This document shows positions 20,209 through 29,981 of a DNA stretch of 64,000 nt, piece by piece. The DNA comes from an uncultured bacterium (lineage in GTDB: Bacteria > JAGOEH01 > CAYLKS01): contig CAYLKS010000008.1 of the NCBI GenBank assembly GCA_964384205.1, positions 1,852 to 65,851 on the forward strand. Reading direction: 5' to 3'. The translations under genes were made by a program, and so were the position numbers. How positions within the stretch are numbered: the first letter of the stretch is position 1; each line of letters starts with the position of its first letter. The notes under the pieces are model-generated. The model did no database searches, was not told the origin of the DNA, and saw only the letters and a program-made list of their open reading frames with translations.

Positions 20209-21690
20209 TTATGTGATTTGTTTTCTCAGATTTGAAGGTAAAATCCCTAATTTTTCCCTATACTTTGTAACAGTTCTTCTTGCAACTTTATAACCTTTTT
20301 CTGATAATAATTTAGCAATTTTACTATCACTCAAGGGCTTGGTTTTATTTTCATTATCTATTATCTCTTTTATTTTTAACATAATTTCTCTAGAAGAATG
20401 ACTCTCACCACTTTCTTCATTTTCAATTTTTGAAGAGAAAAAATATTTTAAGCTAAATACTCCATAAGGAGTTTGTACATATTTACTATTTACTATTCTC
20501 CCAACAGTAGTAGGATGAACTCCTATTTCATCTGCTATATCTTTAAGAATCATAGGTTTTAAATGTGATGGCCCTTTTTTGAAAAAATCAATTTGCTTTT
20601 CAACAATTTTTTGAGCAATTCTTAACATTGTGGATTTTCTCTGCTCTATGGCTTTTATCAACCATACTGCTGAATTTAACTTTTGTTTTAAAAAATCTTT
20701 CGAAGATTCTATACTTTTATTCTTATTTTTTAATAATTGTTTATAATAAGAATTTATTCTTAATCTTGGTAATCCTTCATCATTAAGATAAATCTGAATT
20801 TCATCATCAACAACCTCTATTATAATATCAGGAATAATTTCAGTTTCCTTATCTTTAGAAAACATCACTCCTGGTTTCGGATCTAATATCTTAATAAAAT
20901 TTTCAACTTCTTCTAACTCTTCCATTGTAATATCCAAATTTCTACAAATAACATTATATTTTTTATGCTGAAGTTCATCAAAATATTTATCCACTACAAT
21001 ATATTCAAGAGAGTCTTTTTTTCCAAGATATTCTAATTGAATTAATAATGCTTCTTTTACATTACGAGAAGCAATTCCAATAGGATCAAAAAATTGAATT
21101 CTTCTCCTTATATTTTTTATCATATCAATAGTAATTTTATCAGGATCAATATTTGTGATTTTTTCTTTTTCAATAGTAGATTTAGCTAAAATTAAAATAT
21201 CATGGTCAGAATATTCCAAGAAACCACTATCATTTAAATTACCTATTATTAATTCTCCAACAAAAGTTTCTTCTGGTGAAAGCTTTAACATATGCAACTG
21301 AGATAATAAAGAATCTAATAAATTTACCTCTGCTTTTAAAATATTTTCAAAATTTTTATGATCATCGTCAGATTTAGAATAGTTGGGTATAGGAGTGTCT
21401 TGATTATTTTCTTCAAAAAACTTCTCCCAATCAATATCTATATCTTCTACTTTATCATCTTTAATTTCTACTTCTTTTGTTTCTTCTTCATTATTATTAG
21501 AGTTATCTACTTCATTAGAAATTTCTTCATTAATGCCATCATCTTCTTCTAAAAATGGATTTTCTTGTACCTGATTTTTCAAATACATCAAAAGTTCAAA
21601 AGTTGGCATAGCAAAAATTTTCATATATTGCATCATATAATAAGATTGAGTCTGCGATAATTTTTGTGTCTGTTCTCTTCTTAATTGCAT
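20209..21690 (-). CDS. rpoN: RNA polymerase sigma-54 factor
   Basis: C-terminal RpoN box ARRTVTKYRE, an HTH just upstream, and an acidic region II rich in E/D/N. Confidence 0.9.
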   Translation of the reverse strand: MQLRREQTQKLSQTQSYYMMQYMKIFAMPTFELLMYLKNQVQENPFLEEDDGINEEISNEVDNSNNNEEETKEVEIKDDKVEDIDIDWEKFFEENNQDTPIPNYSKSDDDHKNFENILKAEVNLLDSLLSQLHMLKLSPEETFVGELIIGNLNDSGFLEYSDHDILILAKSTIEKEKITNIDPDKITIDMIKNIRRRIQFFDPIGIASRNVKEALLIQLEYLGKKDSLEYIVVDKYFDELQHKKYNVICRNLDITMEELEEVENFIKILDPKPGVMFSKDKETEIIPDIIIEVVDDEIQIYLNDEGLPRLRINSYYKQLLKNKNKSIESSKDFLKQKLNSAVWLIKAIEQRKSTMLRIAQKIVEKQIDFFKKGPSHLKPMILKDIADEIGVHPTTVGRIVNSKYVQTPYGVFSLKYFFSSKIENEESGESHSSREIMLKIKEIIDNENKTKPLSDSKIAKLLSEKGYKVARRTVTKYREKLGILPSNLRKQIT

Positions 21691-21921
21691 AAATGCTCCT
21701 CTTTTATAAATCTAAATAAAATTTTTATAAAAATCAATAAAAAATTTATTATTCCTATTTAATAACATCAAAACTTATAAAAACTAAAATTGATAATATT
21801 TTTATAATATTTAATCAATAAAATATTTATTATATATAATAAATTATATATAATATAAAATTAATTTTTTTATTAATTATTATTTTTTTATTTATCAAAG
21901 AAAAAAATAAAAAAATTTTGC

Positions 21922-21950
21922 TTGACTTTAAATTATATAACATATAAATT
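21922..21950 (+). promoter_or_regulatory. Putative sigma-70-like promoter for dnaA (TTGACT ... ATAAAT), implying a very short or absent leader
   Basis: TTGACT at 21922-21927, 16-17 nt spacer, ATAAAT/TAAATT at about 21944-21950, dnaA ATG at 21957. Weak -10, by-eye call only. Confidence 0.25.
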
Positions 21951-21956
21951 TTATAC

Positions 21957-23297
21957 ATGTACTCACAAATATGGCAAAACTGTTTAGATATTTTAAGAAA
22001 AAAACTAAGTAAAGCTACTGTAAAAAGTTGGTTCGAAAATATTGAAATAAATGAAATAACAAGCGAGTATATAGAATTTAAAGTAGCTAATAAATTTACT
22101 GTTGATTGGCTCACAGAACATTATTTAGATATATTAAATAATATTATACAAGAAGTTATAGGTAAAAAATTACAAATAAAATTTACCTATGGAGAAAAAA
22201 AACAAAATAATGAAGAAACAAAACAAATAATTTCAACAAAAAATAATAATATAATTCAGGAAGAATATGTAATAAATTCTTTAAATAATAAATTTACTTT
22301 TGATAATTTTGTTGTAGGATCTTGTAATGAATTTGCTTATGAAGCTTCTTTTGCAGTAGCTAATTCTAATTCTACTAATAAATTCAACCCTCTTTTTATA
22401 TATGGTGCTTCAGGATTAGGTAAGACACACTTAGTCCAGGCAATAGGGAATTATGTATTAAAAAATAATAATAATCTAAAAATTTGTTATATATCATCTG
22501 AAAATTTCACAAATTTATTTATAAAATCTTTAAAAGAAAATACAAAATATGAATTTACAAGTTATTTTAGAAACGTCGATCTATTATTAATAGACGATAT
22601 ACAATTTTTTTCTGGTAAAGAAAGAACTCAAGAAGAATTTTTCCATACCTTTAATTCTTTACATAATGCTGGAAAACAAATAGTATTAACATCTGATCGT
22701 GCTCCTTCTGAAATAAAAGATGTAGAAGATAGGCTTATAACAAGATTTCAAAGCGGACTGGTCGTTGATGTTCAACCACCTGATTTGGAAACAAGAATAG
22801 CCATTATAGAAAGAAAAGCTGAATTTTATAAATTTTCTCTTCCAGAAGATGTTATTTTATTTATAGCAAATAATTTTAAATCTAATATTAGAGAGATAGA
22901 AGGAGTAGTAACTAAATTAAGTGCATTTCATTCATTAGCAGGAGTGGATATTAATTTAAATATTACAAAAGAAGTATTAAAAGATTTATTGCCCAAAAAA
23001 TCATCTATTTATCCTATTGACAAAATAATTAAAATAGTCTCTGATTTTTATAATATTCCTGAGAAAAAACTAATAGATAAAGGAAGAACCAAAAATATAG
23101 CTATTCCAAGAATGATTGCTATGTATTTATCAAGAGAATTAACTAATGAAACACTATCAACTATTGGTTTAAAATTTGGAGGAAGAGATCATTCTACTGT
23201 ATTAAATGCTATTGAAAAAATTAATAAACTAAAAAAAGAATCAGAGGATATTAACAATAATATCAAACAAATAATACATCTTATTAATATCAGCTAA
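21957..23297 (+). CDS. dnaA: Chromosomal replication initiator protein DnaA
   Basis: AAA+ Walker A GASGLGKTHL, Walker B LLLIDDIQF, sensor and box VII motifs, and a C-terminal DNA-binding domain (RTKNIAIPRMIAMYLSRELT). Confidence 0.95.
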   Translation: MYSQIWQNCLDILRKKLSKATVKSWFENIEINEITSEYIEFKVANKFTVDWLTEHYLDILNNIIQEVIGKKLQIKFTYGEKKQNNEETKQIISTKNNNIIQEEYVINSLNNKFTFDNFVVGSCNEFAYEASFAVANSNSTNKFNPLFIYGASGLGKTHLVQAIGNYVLKNNNNLKICYISSENFTNLFIKSLKENTKYEFTSYFRNVDLLLIDDIQFFSGKERTQEEFFHTFNSLHNAGKQIVLTSDRAPSEIKDVEDRLITRFQSGLVVDVQPPDLETRIAIIERKAEFYKFSLPEDVILFIANNFKSNIREIEGVVTKLSAFHSLAGVDINLNITKEVLKDLLPKKSSIYPIDKIIKIVSDFYNIPEKKLIDKGRTKNIAIPRMIAMYLSRELTNETLSTIGLKFGGRDHSTVLNAIEKINKLKKESEDINNNIKQIIHLINIS

Positions 23298-23704
23298 ATT
23301 ATCAACAATTTAAAATTATTAGTTTTATGAATTATTTAATATAACTTATTATATATCAATAAACTAAGTTATTATTTATTAAATTTACAAAATATATTCA
23401 CAAATTATCCACAAATATAAACCTTTAAATAATAATTATTTTTATATATTTTCTAAACTTATGAATGTTATTATAATGTTAATACTATGTTATTATAATG
23501 TTAACAAATTAAAATTCATTATATATCCACAAATTTAAGAAAATAAAAATTTTATAAGATATACATAAGTTTATATATTAAATATAATTAAAAAATTATC
23601 CACAAACATACTTATTATTAATATTATTATTGATTTATTAATAAATATTTTTTATAATTTAATAATATTATACGCTTTTAAGTTTTAAAAAGGAGAATAT
23701 AAAA
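23298..23704. promoter_or_regulatory. Candidate oriC: DnaA-box cluster plus AT-rich unwinding region downstream of dnaA
   Basis: Perfect TTATCCACA at 23405-23413 and 23596-23604, one-mismatch ATATCCACA at 23523-23531, all in the same orientation. A 16-nt direct repeat gttattataatgttaa occurs at 23467-23482 and 23489-23504. Gene-strand polarity switches at dnaA. Confidence 0.6.
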
Positions 23705-25969
23705 ATGAAAAAATTACTAATTATATTTTTTTTGTTAATTATAAATATATTAGCAGATAAATATTACAAAATTAGACTAACGGACGAAAATATTAAAAAT
23801 GTTATAGTTAATTATAGATTAGATAATTTTTATATATTAGAAAAAAACTCTATTATTTCTTATATAGATGATAAAACATTATTAAAATTAAAGAACGATG
23901 GAATTTTATTTGAAATTATTATTGACGATGTTGAAAAATATTATTCTCAAAGAAATAAATTAGATAAAATTAACAGTTTTAATGATCCATTGTTACCCTA
24001 TGGAAGTATGGGGGGGTTTTTAACTTTAGATGAAATAAATAATTTTCTTGATTCTTTGAAACTTAAATTTCCGGATTTAGTATCTGATAAATTTAGTATT
24101 GGAAAATCTATAGAAGGAAGAGATATTTATTGTTTAAAAATTTCGGATAATCCTTACGAAAATGATGACACAACTGAAATACTAATGACATCATTAATAC
24201 ATGCAAGAGAACCAGAATCTATGATGAATATTATATATTTTATAAATTATCTTGTTACTAATTATAATAGTAACAAGTTAATAAAATATTTAGTAGATAA
24301 TACTGAAATATATTTTATACCGTGTATTAATCCGGATGGATATGAATATAATTATTTAAGGTATCCTAATGGTGGCGGTATGTGGCGAAAAAATAGAAGA
24401 GATAATGGAGATGGAACTTATGGAGTAGATTTAAATAGAAATTTTGGTTATAAATGGGGATATGATAATATGGGTTCGTCTCCTTATACTTCAGATGAAA
24501 CCTATAGGGGAATTAAAGATTTTTCTGAACCAGAAACACAGGCTATTAGAGATTTTTGTATATCACATAGATTTAAGTTAGTAATAAATTATCATACTTA
24601 TTCTAATTGTTTAATGTATCCCTGGAGCTATGATAATGTAAAAACTCCTGATAGTACTGAATTTGAAAAAATAGCTTTTAATTTAACTAAATATAATAAT
24701 TATATAACAGGTACTGCTTATGAGGCTATTGGATATGTATCAAATGGTGATACAGATGATTGGATGTATGGAGAACAAGATTTAAAAAATAAAATTTTTG
24801 CTATGACGGCAGAAATTGGTAATAGAAAAGATGGTTTCTGGCCATCTAAAAAAAGAATACCTTTATTGGTAAAGAGATGTCTAAAGCAAAATATTAATTT
24901 ATTAAAAACTGCACATTTTAATCCTTTTATACATTCTTATAAATTGATGAATGCACCAGATTATTATTCTGCCGGAGATACTATTAAAATTAAGTTAAAA
25001 TTATCAAATTATTCTTTTAATAATATTGATTCACTTGAATTATTTTTTGAAAGTAATAATGGATCAGGAATTTTAGGGTATTATAATATTCCTTCTTTTA
25101 AGTCAGTTTATACTGATACTTTAAATTTTATTATACATAATTATGAAAATTATAATTTTTCATTATACGTTAAACATAATGATATTATTTATGATAGTTT
25201 ATATTTTTATTTTGATTTAAGAAAATGGAATATATTATTTTATGATGATTTTGAAGAAAATATAAAATTTAAATCAATAGTTAATTGGGGAATAGATTCT
25301 TCAATATCTTATAGCGGGAAATATTCTTTAGGGGATTCGCCATATAGAAATTATGATAATTATAGTTATAGTTATATTTATACTCCAGAAATTGTTATTC
25401 CTGAGGAGGGAAATACATATTTAACTTATTTTACTAATTATAATATTGAATCTAAGTATGATTTTGGCAGGATATTTGCTGTTGATGAGAATGGTGAAAA
25501 ATATTATTTAAAAGCAAATAGGATGGTTATAGGTTCTGGAACTTCTATTCAAAATGATACAACTTATGGTTATCAAGGAAAATCTGAAGGATGGATTAAA
25601 GAATTTATTGATATTTCTGATTTTAAAGGTAAAAAAATAAATATTTATTTTGAGTTTATGAGTGATGGTTATGTAACTTTTAATGGTTGGAATATTGATA
25701 ATGTTATGGTTATTAACTTTTCCAATAAGTGTACAGAAATTAATGAATTAGATGATTTTAGAAATAAAAAAATTGTAATATATCCAAATCCTGCAAGAGA
25801 TTATATACAGATCGATAATATTAAAGGATATTTTGAAATTTATAATAATATAGGACAATTGATTGAAAAAGGATATGTTGATGGTAAAATAGATATTAAA
25901 AATTTATCATCTGGATTATTTTATTTAAAAGTTAATAATAAAGTTTATTCTTTTATAAAAATAAAATGA
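23705..25969 (+). CDS. Secreted M14 zinc carboxypeptidase with C-terminal T9SS (Por) sorting domain
   Basis: Signal peptide, M14 zinc motif LIHAREPES, and a C-terminal type-A T9SS CTD (KIVIYPNPARDYIQI...SGLFYLKVNNKVYSFIKIK). Confidence 0.75.
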   Translation: MKKLLIIFFLLIINILADKYYKIRLTDENIKNVIVNYRLDNFYILEKNSIISYIDDKTLLKLKNDGILFEIIIDDVEKYYSQRNKLDKINSFNDPLLPYGSMGGFLTLDEINNFLDSLKLKFPDLVSDKFSIGKSIEGRDIYCLKISDNPYENDDTTEILMTSLIHAREPESMMNIIYFINYLVTNYNSNKLIKYLVDNTEIYFIPCINPDGYEYNYLRYPNGGGMWRKNRRDNGDGTYGVDLNRNFGYKWGYDNMGSSPYTSDETYRGIKDFSEPETQAIRDFCISHRFKLVINYHTYSNCLMYPWSYDNVKTPDSTEFEKIAFNLTKYNNYITGTAYEAIGYVSNGDTDDWMYGEQDLKNKIFAMTAEIGNRKDGFWPSKKRIPLLVKRCLKQNINLLKTAHFNPFIHSYKLMNAPDYYSAGDTIKIKLKLSNYSFNNIDSLELFFESNNGSGILGYYNIPSFKSVYTDTLNFIIHNYENYNFSLYVKHNDIIYDSLYFYFDLRKWNILFYDDFEENIKFKSIVNWGIDSSISYSGKYSLGDSPYRNYDNYSYSYIYTPEIVIPEEGNTYLTYFTNYNIESKYDFGRIFAVDENGEKYYLKANRMVIGSGTSIQNDTTYGYQGKSEGWIKEFIDISDFKGKKINIYFEFMSDGYVTFNGWNIDNVMVINFSNKCTEINELDDFRNKKIVIYPNPARDYIQIDNIKGYFEIYNNIGQLIEKGYVDGKIDIKNLSSGLFYLKVNNKVYSFIKIK

Positions 25970-26553
25970 AAAAAATTTATATTTTTTTATTTATAGTTTT
26001 ATCATGTAATAATCCTTTTAGCATGAGAGATTCTGATACCCCGGTAAATACAAATATGTCTTGGATACCTCCATCTTCTCCTTATATTTTGTTAGATAAC
26101 TATAAAAATTCAATTGAGAATTTAAATATTGCATATTATATGAGATGTTTGGATAAAAATTTTGTTTTTATTGCAGATCAAAATGAATTAAGTCCTAAAA
26201 ATCCAGATTCATGGAAATTTAAAAATTGGAATTGGAGTATAGAACAAGAAGTAATGTCAAGATTATTTAATTTTTTTAGAGATACTGTTAATTTTAATAG
26301 AAGAGTATTTGATGTTTATTTTTTTAAGACTGATATAAAAGATATTGAAAGTCCTCATGATTCTGTTGTTATTTATAGAGGATATGAAATAAAAATTTAT
26401 CATAATTATAAAGAATATCCTCATTTTTTAAGTGGAAATTTTGAATTTCATTTTATTGAAGATGTAAATGGTTTTTGGTCTCTAAAAGTTATTAAAGATA
26501 TAAAAAAAGATTCAATAGATTGGGGAGAATTTAAAGGAAAATTTAGGTATTAA
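25966..26553 (+). CDS. Hypothetical lipoprotein (195 aa), coupled to the carboxypeptidase (ATGA overlap)
   Basis: Signal peptide with lipobox-like LSC (MKKIYIFLFIVLSCNNP). No recognisable domain. Confidence 0.4.
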   Translation: MKKIYIFLFIVLSCNNPFSMRDSDTPVNTNMSWIPPSSPYILLDNYKNSIENLNIAYYMRCLDKNFVFIADQNELSPKNPDSWKFKNWNWSIEQEVMSRLFNFFRDTVNFNRRVFDVYFFKTDIKDIESPHDSVVIYRGYEIKIYHNYKEYPHFLSGNFEFHFIEDVNGFWSLKVIKDIKKDSIDWGEFKGKFRY

Positions 26554-29500
26554 TCAATAGCTTTAAAATATATAATAAATTCAGCACCTTTATTTTCTTC
26601 TGATTTAACATCAATATATCCAGAATTTTGTTTTACTAATCCATATACTAATGATAAACCAAGCCCGGTGCCACTTCCAACAGGTTTAGTAGTAAAAAAT
26701 AATTCAAATATTTTATATAAATGTTCTTTTTTGATCCCATGACCATTATCTTTAACACTCATTTTTATATATTTTCCTTTTTTGATAACATCATCAAAAA
26801 CTTTTATTGGTTCATTTTTTTCAACTATATCAAAATTAAAAATTATTTTTTTATCATCTTTTTTGTCTTTTAAAGCATCAATAGCATTTATAATTAAGTT
26901 TGTAAAAATTTGTTGTATATGTGAAGGATCCGCATAAATATAATATTCATGAAAATTTTCTGATATATTTATAATATATTTTATATCATCTTTTTTTACA
27001 GATTTTATAAAATCAATAACATCTATGATAATTGGATAAGGCTTTATTTTATTACTAACTTTATATTGTTTTCTAGCATAAGCTAATATTTTAGATGTAA
27101 TATTTAAAAGAGAAACAGAGGCTTTATGTATATTTTGTAGATACTTATATTCTATAGAATTAGCATCTTTATTTTTTAATAAAATTTCAGTATAACCTTT
27201 TATTATTGTATTAATATTATTAAATTCATGGGCAATTCCTCCTGCAAGTAATCCTATACTTTCAAATTTTTGAGCTCTTTGAAGTGCTTCTTGAAAATTT
27301 ATTATTTCTGTGATATTAATTAATAAACCGTCATATATATTATTTTTTAAAATATTTTTAAAAAAATTTAAGAGAAAATAAAGATTTTTATCATTATTTT
27401 TTATTGTTAATTTATATTCTCTAACATTACCATTTTGCTTTAATTCTTTTAATATTTTTATAATATCTTTTTTATTAATTACTTGGTGAACTGTTTTGAT
27501 AGATGGGAATATTTCATTAGCTATTTTATTTTTTGAAATAATATTACCATTTGAATCAACTTTAAAAATTATTTCCTGAGATTTGTTTAATAAATTTTCA
27601 TATTCCATTTCTTTTATTACTAAATTACCAGTTGTTTCAGATAATATTTGTTCTAATTTTTTGGAATATTTTTTTAATTCCTTTGTTTTAATTTCAACTT
27701 CTCTTTGGAGATTTTCTATTGTTTCTGATTTTGTTTTTAAAATTTCTTGCTGATATTTATAATCTTTAATACTAAAAAAAGCAAAAAATGATGAAATAAT
27801 TAGAAAAATAATAGCAAAAAAAAGATTAGTTTTATAAAAAGGTTTTTGTATAAAAATAAATATTTTTTTAATTTTAGAAGTTTGATCTAAGAAATTTAGT
27901 TTGATTTGTAAAATATTTTCACCATAGGATAGATTATTTATCCTGATTTTTTCATTAAGATTGGATTGTTCCCATTTGTTCATTAATGGAGTTATTTTAT
28001 ATGAAATAGTAATATTTTTATTTTTAATATAATCATTGTATTGACATTTAAATGATAAATTTCTTTTATTATAAATAGTTATAGAATCTAATTTATTAAT
28101 TTTAATATTATTAATAGTGAAATCTTCTATAATTGTTGGTAAATTATTTGATATTTTATATAGTTCATACATTAAATCTGGATTGATAATTATATTAATA
28201 ACTCGAGAATTAATAAGTAATAAATGATTATTAAATTCTACTGGATTATTTTCTATATTTATAACACCTACCAAACCATCATCATTGGAAATATAATAGG
28301 GAAATTTTTTTTTAAGATCATAGGTAAATATAAATGAAGGTGAAAAAAACCATATTTTATTTTTTACCACATTTAATCCTAAATATTTATTAATTTTTTG
28401 AAAAGTAGTTATTTTTTTTATTTCATCTTTATGTTTGAGAAATATAGTATGGTTTTTAACAAAGATGATGCTATCCATGTTCCTATAATGGATTAAATCA
28501 TAGTCTATATCTAATAATTTTACAAATTTATTATCTTTTAATAAATAGGTTATATTGTCATTTGTTTTAATAATCAAAGAATTATTGTTATTATAACTTT
28601 TTTTTACTTTATCTATTAATTTAAAACTTATACCGACATTATTATTTATTTTTAATTCGTATAAAATATTTTTGTAGAGATAAAAAATTTTATTATTACA
28701 ACTAAAAAATTTTACATTATGTGAGGGCATTTTTATCTTTATATTAGATTGAAATTTTTTCTGTATAATATCAAAAAATGTAAAATTAAGGATATTATTT
28801 AATTTATTTTTATTTATTAGTAATAGTTTATTACTCCTATATTTAATTAATTTTATTATTGGTTCTTTGAAGGTTTTTATTGTTTTGTAATTAAAATTGG
28901 TATCAATTGAGAAAAAATAATTGTTATATGCTATATATATTTTATTATTGGTTTTTATATATGATACATATTTAAAAGAAGTGGATTTTGTTGGAATTAT
29001 TTTCATATTTAATATTAATGGATTGTTTAATTGATATAAATTTTTATTAAAATCATATATCCATTTTATATTTTGTTTATCTACCAATAAATTATTAGGT
29101 CGCTTTGGAAAATTATAAAAGTATTCATTTATGTTAAATAATTTGTTTTTAAAATAGAAATAGTGTTCAGCGTTATATGATAAGAAATATACTATAGCAT
29201 TTTTATCTCCTTTTATTATATTAATTTTGTGTTTATATGATTTTGATAATATTATTTTATTATTTTTTAAATCATAAATATAAATACCTTTTTTTAGAAT
29301 TGAAAAGAAAAATTTATTATTCATAATATAAAAATCTTTAATATAATTTTGTTTGGAATTAAAAAGAGAAGAATATGTTTTACTTTTTATTTTTGTTATT
29401 TTTATAGAATCTTTTATTGCTATAATTATATTAGGGTGTGAGAATAAATATAATGTAGAATCTTGAAAAGAATATTTCCTTTTAAAAATATAATTATTTG

Positions 29501-29981
29501 ATATAATTTTTTTTATATTTTTAAATTTTACATCTGTTCTGTATAAATGGAATTTTTTATTATTTTTTAAAACACCTACTATATAAAAGTGATTTTTGAA
29601 ATATGTAATTTTGATAATATATTTGATTTTATCATAATTTATATTAATTGAGTCTAAAGACATGTTATTATTCATATCTACTATGTAAATGAATTTATTG
29701 TGAGGAAATAATAGAAAGAGAGAATCATTTTTAATTTCGATATCTTTAATAAATTTATTAGAATTATATATTTTTCTAAAATTATATCCGTTAAAGGTAT
29801 AGATAGTTTTATTAAAAACAATGAGGATATTACCTTTACTATCCTGTAATAATTTTCTTGGATATACCAGATTATGTTCTATATTAAGAGAATAGTTGTT
29901 TAAATATTTTAGTTGGGCATTATATTTATTAATTGGCAATAAAACAAGGAGAAAAAATGTTATTTTAACAAAAATTTTCAT
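26550..29981 (-). CDS. Large sensor histidine kinase (1143 aa): signal peptide, ~700-aa periplasmic repeat domain, TM, PAS-like region, HisKA, HATPase_c; no receiver domain
   Basis: H-box GIAHEFNNINTII. N/G boxes NLIINAIDA, DNGHGI, GTGLGLSLV. TM segment FFAIIFLIISSFFAFF at ~700 aa. The Asn/Tyr/Lys-rich repetitive ectodomain resembles Bacteroidetes-type ligand-binding propeller sensors. Confidence 0.75.
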   Translation of the reverse strand: MKIFVKITFFLLVLLPINKYNAQLKYLNNYSLNIEHNLVYPRKLLQDSKGNILIVFNKTIYTFNGYNFRKIYNSNKFIKDIEIKNDSLFLLFPHNKFIYIVDMNNNMSLDSININYDKIKYIIKITYFKNHFYIVGVLKNNKKFHLYRTDVKFKNIKKIISNNYIFKRKYSFQDSTLYLFSHPNIIIAIKDSIKITKIKSKTYSSLFNSKQNYIKDFYIMNNKFFFSILKKGIYIYDLKNNKIILSKSYKHKINIIKGDKNAIVYFLSYNAEHYFYFKNKLFNINEYFYNFPKRPNNLLVDKQNIKWIYDFNKNLYQLNNPLILNMKIIPTKSTSFKYVSYIKTNNKIYIAYNNYFFSIDTNFNYKTIKTFKEPIIKLIKYRSNKLLLINKNKLNNILNFTFFDIIQKKFQSNIKIKMPSHNVKFFSCNNKIFYLYKNILYELKINNNVGISFKLIDKVKKSYNNNNSLIIKTNDNITYLLKDNKFVKLLDIDYDLIHYRNMDSIIFVKNHTIFLKHKDEIKKITTFQKINKYLGLNVVKNKIWFFSPSFIFTYDLKKKFPYYISNDDGLVGVINIENNPVEFNNHLLLINSRVINIIINPDLMYELYKISNNLPTIIEDFTINNIKINKLDSITIYNKRNLSFKCQYNDYIKNKNITISYKITPLMNKWEQSNLNEKIRINNLSYGENILQIKLNFLDQTSKIKKIFIFIQKPFYKTNLFFAIIFLIISSFFAFFSIKDYKYQQEILKTKSETIENLQREVEIKTKELKKYSKKLEQILSETTGNLVIKEMEYENLLNKSQEIIFKVDSNGNIISKNKIANEIFPSIKTVHQVINKKDIIKILKELKQNGNVREYKLTIKNNDKNLYFLLNFFKNILKNNIYDGLLINITEIINFQEALQRAQKFESIGLLAGGIAHEFNNINTIIKGYTEILLKNKDANSIEYKYLQNIHKASVSLLNITSKILAYARKQYKVSNKIKPYPIIIDVIDFIKSVKKDDIKYIINISENFHEYYIYADPSHIQQIFTNLIINAIDALKDKKDDKKIIFNFDIVEKNEPIKVFDDVIKKGKYIKMSVKDNGHGIKKEHLYKIFELFFTTKPVGSGTGLGLSLVYGLVKQNSGYIDVKSEENKGAEFIIYFKAID

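Noticed and set aside
21830-22114. 94-aa minus-strand ORF overlapping the dnaA promoter and 5' end
   Set aside because: Ile/Tyr/Lys-rich low-complexity product of AT-rich DNA. It overlaps the confidently called dnaA start.
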